The translations under genes were made by a program, and so were the position numbers. This document shows positions 22,459-32,589 of a stretch of 34,558 nucleotides of DNA, piece after piece. The stretch covers positions 90,023,296-90,057,853 of the forward strand of contig NC_068990.1 in NCBI RefSeq assembly GCF_001194135.2, read 5' to 3'. The notes below the pieces were generated by a model. That model searched no databases. It was not told the DNA's origin and saw only the letters and a program-made list of their open reading frames with translations. Numbering within the stretch: the stretch's first letter is position 1; each line of letters starts with the position of its first letter. This stretch comes from Octopus bimaculoides. Its lineage: Eukaryota.

Positions 22459-23249
22459 CATGTANNNNNNNNNNNNNNNNNNNNNNNNNNNNNNNNNNNN
22501 NNNNNNNNNNNNNNNNNNNNNNNNNNNNNNNNNNNNNNNNNNNNNNNNNNNNNNNNNNNNNNNNNNNNNNNNNNNNNNNNNNNNNNNNNNNNNNNNNNNN
22601 NNNNNNNNNNNNNNNNNNNNNNNNNNNNNNNNNNNNNNNNNNNNNNNNNNNNNNNNNNNNNNNNNNNNNNNNNNNNNNNNNNNNNNNNNNNNNNNNNNNN
22701 NNNNNNNNNNNNNNNNNNNNNNNNNNNNNNNNNNNNNNNNNNNNNNNNNNNNNNNNNNNNNNNNNNNNNNNNNNNNNNNNNNNNNNNNNNNNNNNNNNNN
22801 NNNNNNNNNNNNNNNNNNNNNNNNNNNNNNNNNNNNNNNNNNNNNNNNNNNNNNNNNNNNNNNNNNNNNNNNNNNNNNNNNNNNNNNNNNNNNNNNNNNN
22901 NNNNNNNNNNNNNNNNNNNNNNNNNNNNNNNNNNNNNNNNNNNNNNNNNNNNNNNNNNNNNNNNNNNNNNNNNNNNNNNNNNNNNNNNNNNNNNNNNNNN
23001 NNNNNNNNNNNNNNNNNNNNNNNNNNNNNNNNNNNNNNNNNNNNNNNNNNNNNNNNNNNNNNNNNTATATATATATATATATATATATATGTACATATAA
23101 AAAAAGAATGAATGAGACCTCGATATTATGTAAGTAGAGGAATTTATCTGTAATATAATGACAATTATTATAGCAACCGAATAATTGTCACATATTATAT
23201 TACAAATATATATACATGTATGTATGTATGTATTTGCCCTGCCCACGCA

Positions 23250-23700
23250 CACACACATACTCAACTCCTCTTCACACTCACGTTTGGTCCTACTTCATCA
23301 CAACCACGCTTTCTTCACACACAACTTTCACCCGGATACAATACCCCACACCCCACTAATCAACGTCACCATACTTACGTACTTCCACTCTCCTACACAC
23401 ATAACTCCGCACATCATTTCCCCCAAATGCTCGCTTCCAGACTACGATGTATTCCTACACTTGCACAACACGCCTTACCTTTCCCCTTTTTTAACCATCG
23501 TAGAACCGCATTACCTCTTGGTTTCTAACTCTTCGCCTGTTTGCTGTTTTCTTCTCTCTGACTATCCCTCTTCTCGCTCCTGTTATGTTTTTCTCTTTCT
23601 TTTGGTGAAGTCCTGACGTCCGAAACGTTAAGACGTTTCGTTTTTTCATTAAAGCTTTGTCCTTCCTGTGTTGTCTTTTTATTGTTCATTGTACTTACCG
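23250..23700 (+). mobile_element. Probable Penelope-like element 3' end with hammerhead relic at 23598-23633
   Basis: QLLFTLTFGPTSSQPRF weakly resembles a PLE GIY-YIG C-terminus; pyrimidine-rich tract; TCTT-TTGGTGA-A-...-GAAACGTT-AAGA. Confidence 0.45.
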
Positions 23701-23786
23701 TCTCTTATACACTCACACACACACGTACAACGAGGCAACGTACAACGAGGGTATTTTGCTGACTATTTCTAGCTGATCGTGCGACT

Positions 23787-23812
23787 CTTTTACCATATCG
23801 ATATGGTAAAAG
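23787..23812. repeat. Perfect 26-bp palindrome
   Basis: CTTTTACCATATC|GATATGGTAAAAG. Confidence 0.97.
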
Positions 23813-24090
23813 GATTTAACTTGAGACAAAAAAAAACCCCTTGACTAATCATAAAAACTACTGTTCTAATTAAATATAAAGATCCCTTATTTGGTATATG
23901 CATAAAAATCCCGAGTTCCGATAAAGCATAAAGAGCCCTTTATTTTTATTGGGCACATCGCGGCCTTCTGCGTGATCACTCGGCTTGAGACAGAGATCAA
24001 ATCTCCATCAACTCACTTCCTAAAGTCCTAAATAAGAACACACCAGGTGATGTTCTACATACGTCCAGGTAGTGGGCCCTTACCATTGGT

Positions 24091-24386
24091 CAGTTGGATC
24101 AGGATCGATTTGGAGCTAAGCAACAGTAACTAAACATTAAGGCTCTACGTTTAAGTAAGCAGAAAGACCCGATATTTAAGTTGACATACATACCAGCAAC
24201 GTTTACGGGTTCAAACCAGAAAGGAAAAAAAATCTGTGAACGCACAACCTTGAATTACTAAAGGACACAATGGAAAATATAGCAAGGTAGCTTTGCCAAC
24301 TTAAATATAGGGTCTTCTTGCCTACTTAAATGTAGGGGCTTAATGTCTAGTTACTGTTTACCGCCATATCAAATCTGATCCAACTG
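24091..24386. mobile_element. MITE-like foldback: ~105-bp arms, ~84-bp spacer
   Basis: 24091-24197 aligns with the reverse complement of 24282-24386 at roughly 80% by hand; termini CAGTTGGATC / GATCCAACTG; GGT on both flanks. Confidence 0.65.
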
Positions 24387-25093
24387 GGTCCGATCTTACT
24401 GCATTCTACTTTGAGCTAATGTCTTATTTCCTATAGTTTCGTGTCGTCCCGGGATCTGTGAGGGGAAATGGATAGGTGAAAACTGGGAAGAGGCTCACTA
24501 GATGGGCTATACCTGTAATTCAGCCAACCTTAACACACGGAGACCCTCGATTCGGTCTACTCAACCATTAATATGAAAATTTAATAAGTGCATAGTTCAC
24601 TTGATCAAACAGTTGAATGGTCATCATCGAAGTCAATAAGGGTTCACGATTTCAAGTTAAATCCTTTCACCATATCGATCATATGATTATATCGAACTAA
24701 CAAGGGAATCGCTATAGAGTCGCTCGATCAGCTAGAAATAGCTAGCAAAATACCCTCGTTATGTCTTAGCATCTTCGAAAAAGGAAGGCCTCGTTGGATA
24801 ATAGAGAAAAATACATTTGATACTGTAGATGGATCTCTGTCGACTTCGACGATGACCATTCAGCTGTTTGATCAAGTGAACTATGCACTTATTAAATTTT
24901 CATATTAATGGTTGAGTAGACCGAATCGAGGGTCCCCGTGTGTTAAGGTTGGCTGAATTACAGGTATAGTCCATCCAGTGAGCCTCTTCTTAGTTTTCAC
25001 CTATCCATTTCCCTTCACAGAACCCGGGATGACACGAAACTATAGGAAATAAGACATTAAGCTCAAAGTAGAATGCAGTAAGATCGAACCCAG
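24384..25093. repeat. Long inverted repeat: arms 24384-24634 and 24842-25093, 207-bp spacer
   Basis: Hand alignment: 11 substitutions and one 1-bp indel over about 251 bp (~95%). Confidence 0.97.
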
Positions 25094-25240
25094 GACCGCG
25101 TGATAGCAAAGTGAACTAAACCATTCAGTCATGTGGTATTAAACACATAATGCTGGAAAATACAAAATGTGATAGCAAAAGCTAGAACATCTTTGATCAG
25201 GTCTACTCAGTCAGTGTTGACCTGTGGTTAAACAACAGAA
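24700..25240 (+). mobile_element. Family D SINE interrupted by an old minus-strand CORE-like SINE (24842-25135)
   Basis: Family D 5' motifs at 24716-24800 and its 3' end TGACCTGTGGTTAAACAAC at about 25218-25236. Reverse tRNA head GATCGAACCCAGGACCGCGTG at 25082-25102. Confidence 0.55.
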
Positions 25241-25303
25241 GCAGCGTCTTGTAGTAAAAGGTAGCAAAGCGTTGAACGAAATATCTTAAGGCAATTTACT
25301 TAA

Positions 25304-25520
25304 CCCATTAAGTCCCACTGTCCTATAAATAGGACACTAAATGGGAATATTAAATAAGCTATATCACATTGTCTCAATGTCCAAGGACACCGAGTATTTC
25401 CATTTCTACTTGAAGTAAAGGAATTTTAATAATGATTTTTTTCTTCATTTTAACGTATTTTCAATCATTTGTAAAAATTTAAAAGTAATATTCAGAAATT
25501 TAAGTACTCCGGGACTTGGG
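25304..25520. mobile_element. piggyBac-like MITE
   Basis: TTAA at 25300-25303 and 25521-25524; termini CCCATTAAGTCCC / GGGACTTGGG (3-bp deletion in the right TIR); subterminal hairpin TGTCCTAT-AA-ATAGGACA. Confidence 0.6.
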
Positions 25521-26815
25521 TTAAGTGCTTTTCCCTTCTGAGGTTCGATTCCACAGATGCCAGCTTTTTCCATCCAACTGTGGTCGATGAAATGAAGCGT
25601 CCAACAAGTATTTGCGTCGACCCCGTTTTTACTTCACCCTCATTTCAAATATATGAAGCTTTGTACAAAACCTAGACATCAATAACTATGATTGAAGTGT
25701 GTTGGTCTGATTGTCAGAAGTGCGTATTTACTTTCGCTATAGCACACAAATGAATTGTACTTTAAAAATGCATTAGTGTTATTCCCCAAGGCAATACCTG
25801 TACACGTAGAGCTTTATTGAGCAAACATATTGGATCGAATTCAAAACAGTTTTACTACTGAGAAATAAATATATTCATGAGGTAGTCATCACAAAAAAAA
25901 AAAAAAAAAAAGTTATAAATTGCCGAATTGAAGTTAACGGGAGAGCACTTTGTAATAAAGTTGTTCCCCTTGAAAAAGTACAGCCGTTTGTCGTCGTCAT
26001 CGTCATCGTCATCGTTCACAATTGTTTGCATTCATTCACGTTTTCTTTCTTCCTTTCTTTTCTTTTATCTCCCCCCCTCCTCTCTTTCTCACAAACGAAA
26101 TTTTTTTTACTTAAATTGAATCTGTGAACTTCTTTAGACATGTCCCAAACTGCCGTTCCACCGCCTTTTCACTTTCACAATCACCATACGATAATGTTGG
26201 CGGCGCACTTTATTTATGCTTCGATCGGTTTTTAGAAGGCGACACAGTTTACCCCTGATACGATGTTTATAAATCCGGGATTTGTACCAGCTTCGGTTTT
26301 CATTATTATAATGATATAATTATAAATGTNNNNNNNNNNNNNNNNNNNNNNNNNNNNNNNNNNNNNNNNNNNNNNNNNNNNNNNNNNNNNNNNNNNNNNN
26401 NNNNNNNNNNNNNNNNNNNNNNNNNNNNNNNNNNNNNNNNNNNNNNNNNNNNNNNNNNNNNNNNNNNNNNNNNNNNNNNNNNNNNNNNNNNNNNNNNNNN
26501 NNNNNNNNNNNNNNNNNNNNNNNNNNNNNNNNNNNNNNNNNNNNNNNNNNNNNNNNNNNNNNNNNNNNNNNNNNNNNNNNNNNNNNNNNNNNNNNNNNNN
26601 NNNNNNNNNNNNNNNNNNNNNNNNNNNNNNNNNNNNNNNNNNNNNNNNNNNNNNNNNNNNNNNNNNNNNNNNNNNNNNNNNNNNNNNNNNNNNNNNNNNN
26701 NNNNNNNNNNNNNNNNNNNNNNNNNNNNNNNNNNNNNNNNNNNNNNNNNNNNNNNNNNNNNNNNNNNNNNNNNNNNNNNNNNNNNNNNNNNNNNNNNNNN
26801 NNNNNNNNNNNNNNN

Positions 26816-26852
<37 letters not shown>

Positions 26853-27169
26853 CGCGTGCGCTTGCTTTGCTTTGCTTTGCTTGTTTCAGTCCAGACGAGC
26901 TGACAACAGATTCCACTCCCAACTTGATTTGTTAATCTCAGCAGGATTTGAATTCAGGTTATAATAATGCATTTATCATCATGCGTTTTAACGTCCACTT
27001 TTCCATGCTTGCATGGGTCAGAAGGAATTTGGGGGTGAAACAAAGGATAGCACTCGTCCGAAAGTGACACTCGTTTACATCTAAATCATGAGGCAAAGTG
27101 AGCAAGGAGATTACAACTCGCACACACACACACACAACACACACATGCTTGCACGCACACACACACACA

Positions 27170-27335
27170 CACACACGACGGACTTCCACACAGTTTCTAT
27201 CTACAAAAACCCACTCACAATGCATCGGTTGGCCCGGGTCTATTGTTGATGACACTTGCCCAATGTGCCATGCAGTGGGATCGAACCTGAAACCACAGAT
27301 TTGCAAAGTGAGCTCCTTAACCACCCAGTCATGCT
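27170..27335 (-). mobile_element. CORE-like SINE
   Basis: Homologous to 16945-17095; reverse B box GGATCGAACC. Confidence 0.8.
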
Positions 27336-27877
27336 TTCAAACAGTCCGTGCTGTTCACTGCATCAATCTCCATCGATGCTCTCTGCTTTCTTAGGGTGGT
27401 GGTATTTGAAGCATCCTAGATGAGGTTGCCATCCCCTCATCCTGCCCTCCTGTGTTTCTTGGAAGCAGAGGCTATTATGGGGAGTATGAAAGCCCAAAAT
27501 ATATATACATGGTACACTGAATAAAACAGAAGAGAGAACAGGGAACAGTAAAAGGGCCATAAAGAGCAAAGGAATGAAATATAAAACTAGTTAATAATGC
27601 TTCTAATGTTATTCTACGAAGAGTTAGTAGTACTGGGCTGTTGGGGGTGGGTGGGGGTGAAACGAACACAGGGAAATCAGCTTTCGTTATTGGTTCGTTG
27701 TGAATGCATCTGCGTGTGTATGTTTTCCCGTGTAGAAACCTATATGAATATGCATGTGTGTATGTATATGCATATATGTGTGTGTATATAGAGGCCTAAA
27801 TGAATGTACGTGTGTGTGTGTGTGTACTGTTTTCCTGTGTAGAGGCCTATGTGAATATCCGCGCGCGTGTGTGTGTG

Positions 27878-27918
<41 letters not shown>

Positions 27919-28299
27919 AAGAGTGGAATTGTGCATGTGTAAATACCTCTCACTTCTCTCTCTCTCTCACCTTCCCTTCATCTCTCTCCTCCTCCTCCTC
28001 TGTAATCGCTACTCTGTTGTGTGTGTGACTCTGTGTGTGTATGTGTGTGTGTGTGTGTGTGTGTATACGTAATGGTATGCAAATGCCTGTGTGTGTATAT
28101 GCCTCAATATATGTGTGCCTGTTTCAGTGTGTAAGTGTATGCATATGTATTTACATACATACACACACACACACATATGTGTGTGTATAAGGGGATGTAA
28201 CTGTGCATATGTAAATATTTCGGTGTGTTTGTGTGGAAGTGTATATGCATGTATGTAAATGTATTGTGTAAGGGGATGCAACTATGTATGTGTACGTAC

Positions 28300-28338
<39 letters not shown>

Positions 28339-28652
28339 TCTATTCTAAAAACTAAAAATAATAAAAAAAATGCAATCCTGCACCAGATTGATTAGGGAAC
28401 TCTAAAAATAAAATGTAAAATGAAAATCAGAAAATAACAAAGTGGTGGTGGTGGTGGTGGTTTTTGGGGGCAGTTTGTACCCTTTTTTCTTTTATGTTAG
28501 AAACAAAAAAAAAAAAAAAGAAAAAAATAGGGGTTATTGAATCATGCTAAAGCTTATAGTTTTCTTTCTGTGATTTTGAAAGGTTCCCTTAATGTAAATA
28601 TATTTTTTTAAACATATCTTGCATAGTGTATCATAATAATATCTCTTTCACT

Positions 28653-28720
<68 letters not shown>

Positions 28721-28791
28721 TTATTTAATAGTTTAGCATGCATCTAATTATGGGTGTATGCAATGGTAATGCGTGTATATATGTGTGTGTG

Positions 28792-28828
<37 letters not shown>

Positions 28829-29081
28829 ATGTGTGTATATATATGTGTATGTGTGTGTATATATGTGTGTGTGTGTGTGTGTGTAAATGTATATCTGTAT
28901 ATACATATGTAAATGCATATATGTATATATACACACACACACACATACTAAACAAACATTATATATACATACACAAACACACCCTCATTGTACACACGCA
29001 TTCATATGCTCATATACATATCACCATTGATATTATATACATTCATAAAATGGCGCATACACACTAAACTAACATTACATT

Positions 29082-29125
<44 letters not shown>

Positions 29126-29190
29126 CACACACACTGTCATTATACACACTACAAATTACTATCATGCAAACACACGTGCATTAGAATATC

Positions 29191-29221
<31 letters not shown>

Positions 29222-29512
29222 CATCATCATCATCATCATCATCATTGTTTAACATCCGCTTTCCATGCTGGCATGGGTTGGACGGTTTGACTGATGACTA
29301 GCAATCCGGGAGGCTGTACCATGCGCCAATCTGATCTGGCTGAGTTTCTACAGCTGGATGCCCTTCCTAACGCCAACCACTCCAAGAGTATAGTGGGTAC
29401 TGTTTAAATGCTGAAGGCATGGGAGCCAGTCAGGCGGCACTGACATCGACCATGCTCGAATGGTGCTTCTTATGTGCCACCAGCACGGGTGCCAGTCAGG
29501 CGACACCGGCAC
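29222..29512 (-). mobile_element. SINE family B with (CAT)n tail and an internal tandem duplication
   Basis: Matches 1429-1572; GCCAGTCAGGCG(G/A)CAC unit occurs twice, at about 29427 and 29491. Confidence 0.8.
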
Positions 29513-29589
29513 TTAAGTATACATGTATACTCACTCATTAACATACACAGATCAGTATGAGAGAAGGTATGCAAAGTTCTTTCGTTAGA

Positions 29590-29785
29590 CTGTGGCCATG
29601 CTGGGGCACCACTTTGAAGAACTTTAGTCGAACGAATCAACGCCAGTGACTACTTTTTTTTTTAAGTCTGGTACTTATTCTATCAGTCTCCTTTGCCAAA
29701 CTGCTAAGATGCCACATAGTGGGACTGAACCTTGAACCATGCGCTTGGGAAGTAAACTTCTTACCACACAGCCTAGCCTGCACCT
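29590..29785 (-). mobile_element. tRNA-headed SINE 5' portion
   Basis: GGGACTGAACC...TTGGGAAGTAAACTTCTTACCACACAGCC matches the head at 4620-4680. Confidence 0.7.
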
Positions 29786-30298
29786 ATTTGTTTGTGTGTG
29801 TATGAGTATATATATGCATGTATTTCTAATGTATGTATGTATGTATGTATAGTGTATGTATGTGTGTGTATGTATGTGTGTGTATGTATGTGTATATGTA
29901 TGCATGTATGTGTGTGTATATGTATGTACGTATGCAAATGTGTGTGTGTGTGTGTGTGGAATATATTGTAATATATGAGAATGTGTATATATGTGTAATA
30001 CTTTTTAAGGCACGAATGTGTATGTGTATGTTTGTGTATGATATATTCTAATGTAATAGAATGTGCATGTGTGTAGAATATCTCAATGTGTGTGTGTGCT
30101 TGTGAGTGTACGTGTGTGTGTGTGCGTGTGTGTGCGTAGTGCATTTTAATGTTTGGGAATACCAACTGTAGACTATGTTAGTGTGTATGTATGGTTGGGT
30201 GGTGTATTTTAAAGTATGAGGATGTGTGTAGAATATTGCAATGTGTGTGTATGTGAGTCTAATAAGTGTTTCATGTTTGCTTGAAGAACGATATGGAA

Positions 30299-30336
<38 letters not shown>

Positions 30337-30450
30337 CGTGTGTGTATTGAATCTTCAGTTATCTGACATATGCAGTCAAAGATATAATCAAAGGCTGATC
30401 AATCTTTGATCATTTTAGTATTTTGATTTTTTTTTTTTCCAATTTCATAG

Positions 30451-30460
30451 ATGTACCAAA
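30451..30460 (+). CDS. Candidate 10-nt microexon (ATGTACCAAA)
   Basis: T-rich tract plus TTTCATAG acceptor directly followed by a GTATGT donor; phase 2 to 0 would fit the exon at 32211. Confidence 0.3.
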
Positions 30461-30771
30461 GTATGTTAATCATGCACATACGCATGCACACACACACACG
30501 CACGCACGCACACACACACGCACGCACTCTCTCTCACACAAACACATTCATGCATTCACTTTTTTACATACATACTCCAGACACGCATGTATACTTACAT
30601 ATATACACACTCAAGCCATACATGCACTTAACATATACTACACACACATGTTGCTTACATGCACATACACACATCTATATATACATACATACATACATAC
30701 ATACATATATGTATATATCTATATCTAATTGAAATAGTCAGTGGGATGGCCAAATGTGGAATTCTTCTTAC

Positions 30772-30861
30772 CATACATAATGTTTTGAAATGTAGTAATT
30801 TTACCATTATGTATTCCATCCTTAGAATCTGTCAGAATTGACATGTTTTCTTCATATTCTG
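30772..30861 (-). CDS. Candidate 90-nt (or 87-nt) symmetric phase 1-1 exon, EYEENMSILTDSKDGIHNGKITTFQNIMY
   Basis: Long T-rich tract, TAG/CAG tandem acceptor, ATG|GTAAGA donor, exactly one open frame. Confidence 0.4.
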
Positions 30862-31439
30862 CTAAAAAAAAAGAAAAAATAAACTAGAAAAAAAATGAAA
30901 AACAATACAAAAAACAACAGACACGAAAAAGACTAAAAAACAAAAGTTTCCATTTTTCAATGCCAGCATGGGTTAGATGCAGACCCCTGCAATATTTTGT
31001 TTTAGGCCCCATTCTTTCAATCAAAATTCATAATCTACGCACCTTTTATTCATATCTACATTTTACTTTATTCTATCTGAAGTTCAATATTTCACGTTAC
31101 CCCAAAGAACATCTTCAAAAGTACAACAAGTTAAATTCATTTAGGTCTGTTTACTAATTTTAATAAGTAAATCTTCCAGATATGAATAAAAGAGCATTTT
31201 TACAATCCAGCCAACTTTCAACGACAAACCTTGATCAATTCAGAATAATCAAGCTAAGAGCTAAGTTCATGTTCAGTTCATAGCACAGACAATCCACAAT
31301 GTATGGTGCACATTCATAGTACAATGTAATGTTTTTACAGCCAGCTCAAAGGTTGGGGTGGGCTGCACCTGCCTACATCGTTTGCTATGGCATTGAGGTA
31401 GATCTAGCCACCCCCATTAATGGGGACAAAAGCCGGATT

Positions 31440-31735
31440 TAAAACACTGGATGATGAGTGAAAGAGCAGTGCATGCCATCAAAATGACATTGGGGTACAA
31501 ATATACAAAGCCTAGTATACCCATCATGATTACCCGTCTGGTAAGGGTAGACCAGGCACATGCATCACAACCATATGTGTGTGGCATGGTGATTTCATCA
31601 ACATAAACAGCACATGGACTTAAAGGTGGGACTCAGTTAAAATTTTCTTCAGGTTGAGTGGCCCATCCTACTGAAAAGGTCCCCGAATAAGGGTTGCTTA
31701 AGGATGATGAACATGTTTCCAAGGGTGAATGGCTC
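31440..31735. mobile_element. Unclassified interspersed repeat
   Basis: GC-elevated block resembling a remembered octopus repeat; single copy in the window, so unverified. Confidence 0.3.
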
Positions 31736-32210
31736 AATCAGAGAATTCCTCCTATAGTTGCTTCATAAGCGAAGCCAGATCACTAGATTAGACTAGTTTT
31801 GCCTGAAAAATTACAAGCTTGTCAGTAGTGACTACTCCATCACCATATGGTTTGTCTAAATCCAGACTGACAGTAGATATATATTTACCTTATCAATTTA
31901 TTGCAGATTTAGCGAAATGTTAATGTGAAGATTATAAAATAATGAAGGCAGATATAAACAAAATAAAACCAAAAAGGAAAAATTCATTTGTCACTAATTG
32001 TGACTGAGGATGCTGGGTAGAACCTGTATTGCTAGAAATAAGAGCTAAAAGCTGCAAGAAAGCACAGTTTCATATACCGACAGGGGAGATAACCACACAC
32101 TCACACACACACAAACGTACATACATGTATATATGTGTTTTGTTTTGTTGCTCTAAGTTTTGTTTTTTGTTTATATGTTGTTAATTTTAATGTTTGTTTC
32201 TCTTTGCTAG

Positions 32211-32342
32211 AAATTGGTTGAAATGGGAAATGTCGAAGATGGTTCCGAGAAATGTCGGTTAATGCAAAGCCGAATTGATGCCACATGGACAGGTTTAATG
32301 AAGGGCTCCAGAATATACCGGAAAAATTCTCTTCAAAAGCAT
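32211..32342 (+). CDS. Internal coding exon of an unidentified host gene, KLVEMGNVEDGSEKCRLMQSRIDATWTGLMKGSRIYRKNSLQKH
   Basis: ~70-nt T-rich tract ending TTTGCTAG, 132 nt, phase 0-0, only one open frame, CAT|GTAAGT donor, GC higher than the upstream T-rich intron flank. Confidence 0.7.
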
Positions 32343-32389
32343 GTAAGTAACAAATAACCACTGCAGAGATACAAGAACAACAACAATAA

Positions 32390-32588
32390 TATTCCTTTCT
32401 ATTGAAGGCACAAGGCCTGAAATTTTGGGTGGATAAGATAAGTCAATTGCATTGACCCCTGTGTTTTACCGGTACTTAATTTAGCGACCCCCAAAAGGAT
32501 GAAAGGCAGAGTTGACTTTGGCGGAGTTTGAACTCAGAACATAAAGACTGATGATATGCCGCTAAGCGTTTTGCCTGGTATGCTAACA
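32390..32588 (-). mobile_element. SINE family A, 5'-truncated
   Basis: GGCACAAGGCCTGAAATTTT...GAGTTTGAACTCAGAAC...TATGCTAAC. Confidence 0.88.
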
Positions 32589-32589
32589 A

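Larger units (their letters stand above)
27740..30720. repeat. Extended cryptic (CA/TG/TA) microsatellite-rich region
   Basis: Alternating purine-pyrimidine sequence with several pure (CA)n/(TG)n runs. Confidence 0.85.
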
